A DNA stretch of 64,000 nucleotides from Phoronis australis (taxonomy: Eukaryota; Animalia; Phoronida). Below, piece after piece: positions 24,801 to 37,462 of the stretch. Both the position numbers and the translations under genes were made by a program. The stretch covers positions 63,438 through 127,437 of the forward strand of contig NMRA01000510.1 in assembly GCA_002633005.1 (NCBI GenBank), written 5' to 3'. Below the pieces are notes generated by a model. It saw only the letters and a program-made list of their open reading frames with translations. It ran no database searches and had not been told where the DNA came from. Position 1 is the first letter of the stretch. Every line of letters starts with the position of its first letter.

Positions 24801-27800
24801 CCTTTGGGACACACCAACAGTCTGGCTCGTTTGTTGTTCACAAATCACCAGAATGACGTCAGGTACCAAGTAGGATGTGATCGCATAATCTTTCTACAAT
24901 TTGACCTGTTGTGTTATAGTTGTTGAACCATGCTGTTGACCGTCTTCAACTGTTGCAGGAGATACTGTGAATAAGGTTCAAGGTTGGAAGGTAACACTGA
25001 GCCCCTAGGCAGATTTTTTTGTAGTTCTTGGTCAAAGTCATTGCTCACAACAGTTTTGCATTGTAGAGAATTAAAGTGGTATTTACATGCTCCTAACTTG
25101 GCTAAGGAACTGAACGGTGATTCTATTTTTACATCTTTCTGTGTTAAACAATTTGCAGTTGTATTCATAGATTTTCTTACAAAATATGGAGTAAAAAGTG
25201 CTGCAAGTGGGTGACTTTCAAACTTATGACATGCCTTACAGGCGCACATACTATAAATTAAGCCGCATCTTACATAGAGAATCCTACACTCATCTCAAGT
25301 TTATGATCTGGTTAAAACCTCTTGGAAGTTTTTCAAAATCCCAAGGCTTGCCGAGGGATTTTGACGAAATTTCCAAAAGGTTTTGCCCATGTCATAAACC
25401 CGAGACGAGTGTAGGATTTGTTTTTCACATGAACATGATCTTTTTTGCCGAAAAACTTAACGTGGGTAAAACTTTAAATCGCTTGATGCAACTTATGTAA
25501 AAACACGCTTGCGCAACTCAATTACTTTTTGTCAATAGTTTTGTTTTAAACTCAACAATTGCAAATTGCACTTAGCTTTCATTTACAAATACTTAGAATC
25601 TTATAAATAGTCTTTGAAGTGTTAAAACTTAAGAAATGTTTATAAATAACAGTTGGAAGGGCTTCCCCGCACGTGAGCACTAAATTGATCACGAGACAGC
25701 TCAGCTATACAGTCTCACCGCGTTTCTTGAGTTGGGGTTCGTCTCTGTTTGAATGAACGTGGATATGGAATTCGCTGCCAAAGATGGGTGCATTTAAGAA
25801 GTTGTTTGCACTTCCTTCCAACTGGGAGTACGTACAGTTCCAACACCTGATTTGTCAATCATAACCTTGTCACCTTCACAGGTTTCCAGTATTGTTTGGT
25901 TGGCGTGCGTTTGGTTGTTGGTATTAGTGCTTTCCAGATGATAAAATGTAAGGCGGATGGATTTGTATTTTGCACTACTTTGTGATTCACCCATTCAAGT
26001 AATATCAAAAATTAGGTACTCTGTGTTATTAACCAATCGTGTCGTAACACATTCCAAGTTGTGTGAGAAAATGCTATTTCCCAGCACCAAACTTCCTATC
26101 TACCTTCCTGTGAAAATTTTATGTCATGACTGTATTTGTTTTCAGTAATATAATTTTCTTCAACTCGTTACAGGTGGATACTAGACTCTACCATGGCTAT
26201 AATTGAAAACAGGACAAAGAAGATTGATGTTATGAGTGTTACTGTAAGTCAGCAAGTTTGTAGTTATATCTCAGTTGTCTGCATAAATGAGAGAGGGTTG
26301 CAAGTTCAAGACGGTTGAAGCAATTTTTTTACAAATACGTGATAATCTTATTATCAATGTGAAACCATAGATTATGTTACATGGGCTGTCAACTCTGCAT
26401 ATTCCCAGTGCACGACATCAGTTGGGACTTCTTACCTCCAGTATGTACGTCTACTTACTTGTTTTTGTTGTTAGAGCTTGGTTTTTGCATTTGCACTTCC
26501 TGAACTATTGCCGAAATTACTTGTGCCACTACTATAGGAAGATGTTGAACAGCTTTTAAATGCTGAAGTGCTCTCTTGGGTACTTCTAGACACTGAACTA
26601 GATAACAGAATTTCACATCGGAATACACTAATTGTAAGCTAAGATTAGCATACTAAAAGTAAGTGGCACCTCCACTGGGAATTTTGTTGGAAAATATCGG
26701 AGTTGTGAGTCTGTTTATGATCTTTCATGGCATAACATTACTTTAAGTGAGATTGCGCATCCCAGGGCCAGCACTAGACAAGTGTGACTGTTATGGTGGG
26801 ACAGAAAACTTTTTCATGTTTAGTGCCTAGTCTTGACTTGTTTGCATTGTCAGAAGTAACTATTAATTAAAAGCTCTAGAGTAAGATTTCTACGACAATA
26901 CGATACTTGAGGAGAGCTCTTAGACTGTAGTTTTAAGGTTATCTGTCTCAAAATTGTTTTATCTTTATTTGAAGTTGCAGGTTTTTGACAGTGACTGTCT
27001 CATCTTCAGATTTTCCAAAAATCAGGGAATTTGTATTTCATAAGAATGTACAATGGTGTTATTTGTAGCACAGCTTCAATAGACTAGTGGTGTCTGTTTT
27101 CTAGCCTCTCATTGGTTGTTTCAGGGAGAAGAAGGTAAAACTGTATATACTGTGTCTCATATGCAATGGGGGGCTTACAGGGATACGGACGCCAAGAAAT
27201 CAAAGTGAGTAGCCTGTGTTTTGTTAGGCAATCCCAAATTTTCATCAGATGGAGATTAAGCTGTGGATTCATAGTGGAGTTCAATTATTGAAAATGACTG
27301 CTTGGAATGATATGTATTTACTTTCAATCAGTCTCAACACAATTTCAAAACCTTCTATGTCTCTTTTTAAATAAGTCATGGTATTAATTTAATGAAGTCC
27401 AGTATTTGTCTGGGTTAACACCCCAGGTGTTTATATTGAGGATCTACAAAATGAGGGAGTGAGTGTTAAAGTGACATTATCAGTGGTTTTCTGATAGGAA
27501 CCCCAAAGTAGAATCAAATTCATGACCTCAGTGATCACAGTCCAACACTGTCTTGGTGATGCTAAACCTCACTCAAACAACAGATACTGGTACCCAGTCC
27601 AACTCTCTGATGGTGGTGCTAAACCTCGCTCAATAAATGACAGATACTGGTACACAGTCCAACACCCTGGTGGTGGAGCTAAACCTCACTTGATAAATGA
27701 CGGATACTGGTAAAGTCACTGGCCATTATTTCAGTGAATGGCTGGCACACGATGATAATGGGCCATTTGTTATAAAATCACAAAAAAGCAAGGAATTTTG

Positions 27801-30800
27801 TTGCTTTATAGCTCTGGTCAAAGCTAACATCTTCAGAAAGTCCATCAAATGCAACAAATGAAAAAAGAAATTCCGATTGTGTCCTTTGATACTGTGCCTG
27901 ATTATTTCTTAGGGTTATGCAGATCCCTATGAAAGTAGTCAAATTTGGCTGACTTATGAACTTCCTACCCAGATACAAAAGTTAATGCACTGTTCTCAAA
28001 AACACTTGTTTTTGAATGTTACACTTTTGCATCAACATGCTTCCTACACGGATGACCAAGGGCTGTCGTGGAGAGTGACGTCAGTGACATAGGCCAATAC
28101 GGCACCAATATGGACAAACCCAGCAGTTTTGAACTTCCCAAAACTTCCATATTTGCTTCTTGGAGCCCTAAGGACCTTCCTGAATGTTCCAGGACCAACA
28201 ACGATGGCCGCAGACCATCATGGCGGCTACACAATTTACACAACGGATCATTCTGGAAGTGATCTGTGATTGTCTGGCACCTTTATCGGACTGGGACTTT
28301 TTAAGTTTGTCTCAAATTGTATCTCACTAACAGAAGTAATGTGTGGGCTAGGACAGTAGGGAAAGTTTGTTATTGTTTGAGACGAGGCTTTGCACATTGG
28401 CTTCACCCAAGCCTGGCCTCAAGAAATTATGAATTGTCAATTTGACCCTGGTAAAGTTGTTCAGATTCAGTCATTGTTAATTACTTGAGATTAAACGCGC
28501 ATCAAATTTATTCAGATTCTGGATCTTTGGCGGCCTGAAAGACAGAGTGACATATCTTATAGTTTCGATACTACAGAAGTGGCCTCCAACTCTCAAAGGC
28601 AGTCTTACATATGTTTTACCTTGTGATGGTTGTTCAAAGTGCTTCAAGGCTCCAATTAAAGAAGATACTCCATGGAAATGGTGGCATATTATACTACCAC
28701 CAGTGCAAAGTAAGTCAGGATATATGATCTTGAGTTTTCTCGTTAAAGCGTCTTTATCTGATAGTGTGGGTTCATGGGAAAAGAAATGTGTTCACACAAA
28801 GTAAATTGCGATATCTGTGGAAAGAAGTGCAGCTCACAAGAAAAGAATTGTATTCGTGAAAAAGAACACTTCAGTCTTTGTTGAGGTAGTCGGTGTAGCT
28901 TGTGATAGAGGACGATTATCTCCCCTGTAAGTGTGAAGAGTGAATAAAACAGCATCTCTTATACTGCCTTAGAAGTCAAAGGTCACTTAAAAGAGGTCAC
29001 TGCATTTTGAGAACCGGTTTTGTTGAGTGGATAACAAGCATCAAGCTTGTTGTCAAAATCCAGGGACCCCTGTGAGTGACTGTTGCCATTAGATGATTGA
29101 GGCAGTGATGTCAGCTGAACACTTTTCATGAGGCTAATAATGGGGAACATTAGTTTTGATAGAATCCTGTTTTGATCTCGCAGATGATCACAAAATAAAG
29201 AAGGATGTCTGCCTGTGTTGGTTTACAAGATCCTACAAAATGCCACGGCTGCTTTATGATGTTTTCTGATTCTAGTGGAAATGAGCGGGAAAAGTGTAAA
29301 TTATGTGTTCCAAAACCACAGAGGAGACTGTAAATTGAATATTGTTGTTTGGATGCATTGTGTTTTAAACTCTTATAGTTAGAATTTTGTAAATTCTAAT
29401 CATTTTTGCTTTTGTTGTGACTTACACGAACACATACCTGAATTGGACCTGGTATTGCTTAATTACTAATTACCTAACACTTTCTTTTCCTGTGAGTCCT
29501 TGGAACTTTCTGCTTCATCCATGTTAGTTAAGCTGGTCTCCTATGTTAGGCTAGTCCTTTGCACACTCATGAACATATAATTAACATATCATTGTTGTTA
29601 CGACAGCACCCTAAGCGCAGAGAACATTGTATCTTTCCTGTTCACAAAGTACCTTTAAACATTCTTGTACATGTTACATGTTGCTTAACAATAACACTGG
29701 AAAAAAGGATTATATTTTCTGCAATTTAACTCTAAATTGAGGGGTGGTTTGCACCTATAATGTGTAGTTCACTCATTGTGTTGCAGAACCTGTAACTAAA
29801 CCATCAAGAGATTACTCCCAGGTCCTCAATGAAGAGTGTGGTGTGTTGCATTCAAGAGACGTCATCACCACGGAGTTATCACTGCTCTCTAGTAATTACC
29901 AGCCCAGCTCGGTACGTTTAATTGTCTTCATAAGATGAAACAGAATGTTAAAAAAAATTCTCTGAAACATGATTACCAGAAAATGATTTTACTAGGAACT
30001 ATTTGTTGTATTCCAAGGACTCCAAAGTTTTTTTGTAAGACACAGAGGTTACAAAAAAGTGCCACGGTTAAAATTGCAGAGAAACAGACATTGTATTTTT
30101 CAGACTCTGTAGGCCTGACTGTCTTTCAGCCTTCATATTCTCCACGGAATAATTACTTATGACGGGTTATGGTTTGATGTCAATTACATTTATTCACACC
30201 GAACACGTTGTGAACTCTCACTACAAAATATGATGCGAACCTTAAGAATACCTCACAACTACTGCATCCTATGTTCAAAATCAAGACTTAAATGTTTTAA
30301 AGCTGTTATAAACCCTGCCTTCCTTAAAAAACTAAATTTTGAGTTGGACGTCTAAGTGTTATAAAACTCATGTTATTATTTACTAGTAATAGAAGGGGTT
30401 GGGAGAACAGACAGTTTGTTCTTGCTTGAGACCAAGCTTGGTAATCTGGCTTTTCGGGGTGGGTCACTTGTGTGCCAAGCATGGTCTAAAATAGTGATGA
30501 AATGTCTTCTCGTCTGGCTATAGATGGCGAGTGTTGGTAACATTTTGAAATCAGGCCTTGGACTTTTCTTCTTTTAAGATGATTTCTTCTTTTTTGGTTT
30601 CGATTTCCTTTTATTTGATCTCTTGTTTCCTCTTTTAGGTCTCTTTTTGTCATTATTTTGACTTTATTTATGCGTGTATTTCAGTTAAATTTTATAACAC
30701 AAAAAACATTCCTTTCACACAAGCCTATTTATTTGTGGAACGAGACATCACCTGGAAGATTTTCCTCTTTTTTTGTCATTGGTAATTCCAAGCGCTGTGA

Positions 30801-32964
30801 AATGTGTGTCATTTTTCAGGGGTCAAAATCTCTAGCTCTAGGCCTTGGCCCTGATAACTTGAGCAGGACACAGTTTGTTACGGAAGGGTGAGTATCAATA
30901 TTGTGCTGGATAAATACCGACAACTTGATCCATTTAGTAAATATTTTCTGACAGTTTAAGGTAGTTGTTACCTGGGAATAGAAATTTCTTTCTAATTTTT
31001 TTCAGTCTATTGCTTTTATTTAGTGGCAACGCTTCTAGTATGTTATGTGTAAATCCCCTAAGTCTTCAATTACGTTCTTTGCCACTTCTTGTTTTGGTCT
31101 CACGCTATTTATTAATAACCTACAGATTAGGGCTTGTCCATAGCATTGTTTAGAGAAGTACTGAGCTGTTTATGAGGAAGGAACATTTTTGAACAAGTTT
31201 GCTGTAGGTGAGATCTAGAAATACACCTAGTTAGGAAGGCAGTGTATTCAAGAGGAAATAATGCTGTTAAGGAGAACTGCCATTGGGCCTATGAAAGAGA
31301 AAGATACACTCCAGAAGGTTGTGGGAGTGAGATGATAAGACTTGTTAGTCTTGAACGTACATCTTGCTGCTAGTTGGGAGACAGCATTTGACTTAGAGCA
31401 AGCTTCAAAAATTTTGATTTATTAACAATTTTATTTCACACAGGAACAGCCTTTTCTTTTTGAAATGACATGTGAATTTAAAAAGTATGTATACAAACTT
31501 AGGTGCATAATAGTTGCTGTAGTGTCCCAAACCTGTCTGAAACCCTTCCAGGATCTGAAACCCTTCAAAAAGTTCTCAATTTTGTCGCGCATTGTCCGAC
31601 GTTCAATGCTGCCCATCTTTCACTTGTCATTTGTGCCAACAACTGACAAATTGTGACCTAAGTATTAAAAAATTTGTGCGACAAAGTGTTTAATTCATAT
31701 TTATATGTGGGTGTATAATGCCGTCATCTCGGTCTGGACATCCTGGCGTCCGTTGTCCGGCGTCCGCAGGTGTATCTCCTAAACCCCATGCAGGATCTTG
31801 ATGAGATTTGGCAGATACATCACTATAAAGCTGATGACGGATGACGACAAATTTGGGACTGATCCAACTGCTGGTGTGCCCCCTAGTGGCAATTTTATTT
31901 CTTTACGCTTATCTCTGTATCTTCAAAGGTCCTCATTGGATTTTCATGAAATTTGGCATATAGGCATCAGTTAGAGGCTATCCTCTCGTTTTTGGATGGA
32001 TTCGAGGTATTTTGCAACATCTAGTGGACATTTTTATCATACAAGTATACATCCCTAGAAGCACACCGCTTGCAGTGCGTTCGTGAGTGCATTTTAATGC
32101 TGTGTGTTGCTCTTATAACACTTGTTACTGTCCCACCACTTATGCTGATTTTCGTTCCTCATCAGTCGGAATTTACTAAATAAATCCATTGGTCACCAAT
32201 CCCTCACAAGTCTGTCTTAGATTGTTTGTACTTTCTGACTCATGACAAACTAATTTCAGATTGAGTTTGAAAAACTTGCAATGACTGCAACTTTTTTGAG
32301 ATGAAGATAAAAAAATTGACATCTCGCATTGCTTGTAAAAAGTTCAATTATTGCCTCTGCTGCCAGAATCATGAGAATTCCATTGCAAATAACCTTATCT
32401 TTCCATTGGTTTGTTAATTTGTTGATCTCTGTTTCAGGTGGAGAAGGATACGTGCAGATCACCCTAGCATTTGGTCCAAAGATGATGAAGTGCTAGCTGT
32501 GAGTGAATTTAGTTTTACACCAGAAATGGGAGAGGTAAGTTTGTTTCAAATTGAGAAGTGGTGTATGGGAAGTAAGAAGTTTAAAATGCAAGTCTGTGGA
32601 TCACAAGCCAAGGTTATTTGACTTACTGTGACTTGAAAAGATGAAACGATAGTTGGAAATACCAGCTAATCCACCTTCACTTTGAAACAGCAATGTATTA
32701 TGCAAACTTTATAAAGTATCTGTGATTTCACCATCTTGTGATGAATGGTACAACTTGTGTCCATGAATATCTAAAATCTTCTGGACAAAAAATTTGTCAC
32801 CTATCTGACTTGAGACTTGGAATTTATTAATTGTTTGTTCTCAGGACCTCACATGGTTTACTAATGACAGTGAAAACTATGAGGCTATGCCTATACAAGT
32901 GAAGCTGCTTAAAGATAAATTGACAGTGTTTTGTGAAGACAGTCAGAAGCCTTCAGTGTTATGA
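15878..32964 (+). CDS. AGK: Acylglycerol kinase, mitochondrial (428 aa, 13 coding exons)
   Basis: Exons 15878-15987, 20509-20548, 20940-21019, 22799-22874, 23662-23760, 24735-24862, 26174-26243, 27125-27204, 28516-28709, 29787-29911, 30820-30887, 32438-32534, 32845-32964; total 1287 nt, in frame. Motifs KTLRNHWKKS, TVFLNP, LFEKNAAPLLHLAG, VAGGDGT, LPLGHTNSL, DSENYEAMPIQVKLL. Confidence 0.95.
17400..17690. repeat. Degenerate tandem repeat (~55-70 bp, 4-5 copies) in AGK intron 1
   Basis: Recurring CTCCACTGACT...GTGAAA.GGTTTGGCCCC..CCTTGAGGATG...AAGTCTGT. Confidence 0.65.
18505..19484 (+). mobile_element. Non-autonomous DNA transposon, TAG...CTA ends, ~9-bp TSD (family B)
   Basis: Both ends align to 48596-49357 in reverse. 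Flanks TAGAGTATG / TAGTCTATG (7/9). Subterminal hairpins present. Confidence 0.75.
21082..21449. mobile_element. MITE with ~90-bp imperfect TIRs in AGK intron 3
   Basis: CCTAGCTTTCGTGCCCATCTTGGGCTCTTCGTAGGGGCACTGGCGGG versus CCCGCCAGTGGCCCTACGAAGAGCTCAAGATGGGCTCCAAAGCTAGG. Confidence 0.8.
21450..21684 (-). mobile_element. tRNA-derived SINE (degenerate)
   Basis: Minus strand: A-box-like GGCAGTGTTGCCTAGTGG, B box GGTTCGAGTACC, then CCCTTGAG core-like motif, ending in ATTATTTATTTTTT. Confidence 0.6.
22930..23361. repeat. Minisatellite, 29-bp unit x ~15, internally palindromic
   Basis: Unit CTGTGGTTATTGATACAATAACTGT(G/A)ACA; contains GTTATTG-ATA-CAATAAC inverted repeat; lies in AGK intron 4. 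Confidence 0.95.
27536..27712. repeat. 57-60-bp tandem repeat x3
   Basis: CAGTCCAAC...GGTG.TGCTAAACCTC.CT....AATGACAGATACTGGTA repeated three times. Confidence 0.8.
31715..32116 (+). mobile_element. Helentron/HINE-like interspersed repeat
   Basis: GGCGTCCG microrepeats followed by TCTCCTAAACC..GGATCTTGATGAGATTTGGCAG and GTGCCCCCTAGTGG; 3' end shared with 10813-10884. Confidence 0.55.
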
Positions 32965-34289
32965 CCTTGAAGTGCTGAGAGGACATGGTGGGTGATGAGG
33001 AGATGTGGTCTATGTTGGTGGAGTATCCTACATCATGTTGTCGAATCTTGGGTGATGTCTTAAAACTTTGTTGATAGCTAACATAACTTCTAATTGATGA
33101 AAACGGTTGTAAAGGCAAGACTGGGGAATTTTAATCAAAGTTGTAACTTGTGATCCGTCAGCATCTCGGATGCAGTTCCAGTCATTCAACAATGCGAGGT
33201 GTCTCATTGGATATTTAGTTTTTAGTAAGGTATTTGTTGGCTGCCAACGCACTATCTACTCGTTGTTTATGACTTTACTTCTAAATGATTTGTAAGTGAC
33301 AATTTTTTGTGTATTGCTCTTTCTCATTTTTTTGGAAATTGGTTTTCCAGAATGGTTTTTGACTTTAATTCCAAAACAGTTTGCAAAAAAATCTTGTTAA
33401 AATGCCACAGTGTAATTGGCCCATTGTAACTGGTCTTCTCAATATACATGCAAGCTCCTGAAAGGGGATTAAAATATTCTTAAAAGGGGAAAGCAACTGT
33501 TTTTTGATGTTTCTGTTACTAAAATCACAGAGCCCTGGTTATCTTGGAAAGACATGTTTCTGCATTTAGTTACTGTTGCCCTGACATATACTTTTTATCC
33601 ATGCAACAATGGAAAGTGGACATGTAAAGTGCCTGCACCTTGGTTCTGCATTCACCTCCATTCAACAAACAGGAATAACCAACAGGGACTATGTTTAATA
33701 TGGAGTATGTGTTTGCTCAATGCTAGTGAATGTAGAACCAAGATGTTAGTCTTGTTGAGCCAAGGGTCATTAATGCTAAAAACGTATAAGATAACCAAGG
33801 ATCTGTAATTTTACTAAAAGTAACTTGTAAAATGTTTGCTATCACCTTTAAGCACATTTAGAGCAAACTAGTCCATTCTAGCTATTTTGTTTCTTGTAGT
33901 GTTTTTTCCAAAACTATCAATGTACTGTGAGTTCATGCTGGACAAGAAAGACCCCTGAAGGTCTAATTATAAGAAGGACCTGCTATTTGCTGTGTATAAA
34001 GAACTTCTGATCATGCATTTTCTTGTTATAAATAATAAATTTATATTCAAAACATTTTGTATTGTACCTCGCCTGTTTATCTACACCTGATGGAACTGTG
34101 ATAATCTCCTAGGTAACCAAACCATTAAATAATTATTAGAACATTCCAAGAGTTCTTAGTTTAATCTTAAGAAATACTTGGTGTAGGTAAAGAACCACAC
34201 TTGAACGTCACTAACTTGAAGATTCTTGAGTTACAACTGTACCGGAAATGCAACGTATTTATATAATTTGGTACTGTAACAGGCCTGTC

Positions 34290-37200
34290 TTATTTCATCT
34301 CTGGTATCAAGTTTGGTATCTGTTTGCCTTCCAACGCGGCTATGACGTTATTTGCAGCCATAATAGCCATCTTTTGCCGCACACTTTCGCATGCACTGCT
34401 CATGTGTGGTAGAACAATACAGTTCTTCAGCGTCAGTAGCGGATGTTCTGGGGGAAGTGGTTCTGGTACGCAAACGTCGATCCCAGCAGCTCTTATGTCA
34501 CCATCACGCAAGGCAGTGTAGAGATCGTCATGCTGTACCACGCCGCCGCGGCTGGTGTTGATAAAGATAACGTTTTTCTTCATCCTCTTAAATGTTTTTC
34601 TGTTAAACACTTCCTTCGTCTCGGGAGTTAGAGCACAGCAAGCAATGATGAAGTCGCTTTTTTCAAGAATTGTATCCATGGAGACCTTTTCAGCAGGTAA
34701 TTCGCTGGCACGCGGATTTTCAAAGCCGTCATAGTACAAGAACTTGCCAATGCCATGAGGCTTTAAACGTTGGGCTACGGCAAAACCTGAAAACTAATAC
34801 TAGTTGGAGGATAACAAAATCAACATTAGGATTGTGTTTTGCAGCCAAACTGTTGCATTAAACTGCATATGTATATTGAGTAACAAATGTTTTTTCTTTT
34901 TGGTTAAGGTTTCAACATCCATTACTGTTCAATGTGTTCACTGTACAGGATGTTTTGAACCATTTTCTCAGTAATCAGAAAAAATAAATGTTAAATTGTA
35001 AGTTCTTTTTGAAACAAATTCCAGTAGATATTTTAATATCTCGTTGGCTAAAAAGACTAGATAGTACAGATAGATTAGAAAACTATCGTTTCCAGCAATG
35101 ATGTTATTTTTTGTATCTGTAGGTTGTGTCAGTTCTTTGTCTTTCATTCTTACATATATGTCATGCGTCTTAGCTTCACAATGTCCATTCGATAAATTTA
35201 ACTAATTTTTACAGTACTACAGTATTTTACCTTGCACTGCTGACTATAAGACCGCACCTCTCGTAACGTTCGGTTTTTAAGTAAATCTGAATCATCCATA
35301 TTCCTCTAATACATTTTAAAACCAACATTTTGTCGGTAACAGCGCCAGTCATCTCTTCTTATCTGTTTGGTAAAATGCGAAATTACGTAACTTCCGGTAT
35401 ACTGTGTATTTATTTCATAAAGCACATGTTGCAGGAAAGAGAATTTGGTGAGCCTGAAGTAAGTTCTTAAATGGATGCGCCTCCGCGATGAAAATAATTT
35501 GTTTAGACTTGTCCCCATCTGCTTTCTGTTGGTTTTGCATACTGTTTGATATATACAGTTGTTGTCTTGTTTTCATTATGTTACTATAATCCTACTATCA
35601 ATGTGCCGTGCTTAGACCAATATTTTTTGAAAGTTAAAATTCACCTATCCGTCCTAGTCCAACGACGCCGACCGTACTGTCCTCTAGTCCCATGCCACAC
35701 AGCCACAGGGGCTGCCATTCACCCCATTCGCCGTTTTTAACTGCGTCCATCCCTGTTAAATAGCGTTAATTAGCGTTAGCTAATACACTACTGATTCATA
35801 TATCCTGGTATCAGAATCAACAGGCATCAATAAGAATATGGCAAGATACAAAGGGTGGGCTGTTTCTAAAATCGTCGAGAATGACAAAAACGCTAACCAG
35901 GACGGCCAGTTGAACAGCACCCTTATTACACAAAGCATGAATAAATAGTGACGTGGTACTAGTCAGCGACTCATGTCGACCCTACAGCTGACGAACGTAG
36001 GGGCAATATTCCCGTATGGTTATGCCACAGTCCATGTGTTTCATGTTCTTTGTGTGACGCCGCTAGTTCCCGGTTGTCCAATTTAATCGTCTAAAAATTG
36101 ACATGTCTCTGTCACTCCCCTTCACAATACTTCATGTCAAGTGATTCGAAGACAACTCAATCGCTTTTCCAGGTATGCCGAAACGCTGTTGGCAAGAAAT
36201 ATCTTGCCTAAAACTTTTATGTGACCTCTAGGTGTATTAAAGCAGCCGAAAATGAAATGATGCCGGTGCATCCCACGACTCATTTTAAGGGCAAATAAAG
36301 CTGCAGTTCGCTGCGTTAAACTGACGCTTGCTCCCATAGCAAGATTCTTGCGTCTACAAAACTGTACCCTGGCTACGGGTACGGTTATTAGGCCTACATG
36401 AAGTTCCCTTCCATTATCAGGGTTCTTTCTTCTCGAATGCAATTTATATTCGGATCTACGAGTGCGGTTTTTACCAAGGTACGATAAGGTGGAAGATATA
36501 GTATTCAGAAATTGTCTACAGACTCATGACTTAAATGTTCTGCGAAAAGTTGCTAGATATTATAATTAATGAGGAGAAACGCCGAAATGAGTTCCTTGAT
36601 GTGAATTAATTTAGACTTGAAAAATTATTGTACTCTCTTTGTGTAATATATTGTAATGTGGGCCGGAGGCCTGTTACATGAAATGAACCTCTCAGTTATC
36701 AGCGTCATGGTTGTGACTGAGAGTTCTGCCCTGTAAGCGTTTCATGGAGAGCGACCATGATCTGCATGGTATAGGCTCCGCTTCCGTGATAGGCGGTTAG
36801 TGTTCTAAGACCAGTGATAAGTTTTCGATTGCACCACACCCTGAAATGAGCAAAACCAAGCGTCCATTCACATGCCTTCTGGAATTCGTCGCGCCACGGA
36901 CAGTAGTAACGCCACGGTCATTTCGGCTACAGAGCCAGTGGAGACGTCTGGTGTGTTGGAGACCTGTATCTTTCTCTTTTTGCACTCGTCAACGTCGATG
37001 TGGTCATATCCAACGGACATGGTGCTGACCACTTTCAGTTGAGCACCTGAATTAACAACTCAGAATTACAATTAACCGTAAGAGGGTTTCGAAACAGTAT
37101 ATAAAACGATTTACTTCTCTGTAAATTTTTTTGTATTTTTTTAAAGACACCATTTTCTTTGTTTTCAATATATTAGAATTTAGAACAAGTTTCATCACAG

Positions 37201-37462
37201 AAATATGGACACTACCGGTAAACATCATCAGTCATTTGCCTAAAAATGTCCTCCCACCTGCAGCGTCCAAGACTGAGGCATCAATTCTATCCGTCAGCAG
37301 GCAATACAGGGCGTCCGCTCCTTTGATGTTTTTCTTTAATTCCTCGGGTTTGACCGCCGTTGCCGCGTTGTCCCAAAATACTAGCTCGTATGATTTCTCA
37401 CGAAGTTTTTGAACGCCTCCCATGGGGATTTGTCTTGTTATGTACACCTTTTTGGTGCTCAT
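34290..37462 (-). CDS. GRHPR: Glyoxylate reductase/hydroxypyruvate reductase paralog A (326 aa, no presequence)
   Basis: Exons 37462-37258, 37046-36876, 35752-35645, 34786-34290 (981 nt); intron 2 has a GC donor. Motifs [34 protein letters not shown]. Confidence 0.93.

Noticed and set aside
28019-28262. Coding-looking ORFs in AGK intron 8
   Set aside because: No recognisable motif or splice support; AGK is complete without them.
36137-36442. THAP-like start (HHFIFGCFN) in a GRHPR-A intron
   Set aside because: It lacks the remaining C2CH, FP and W residues; too weak.
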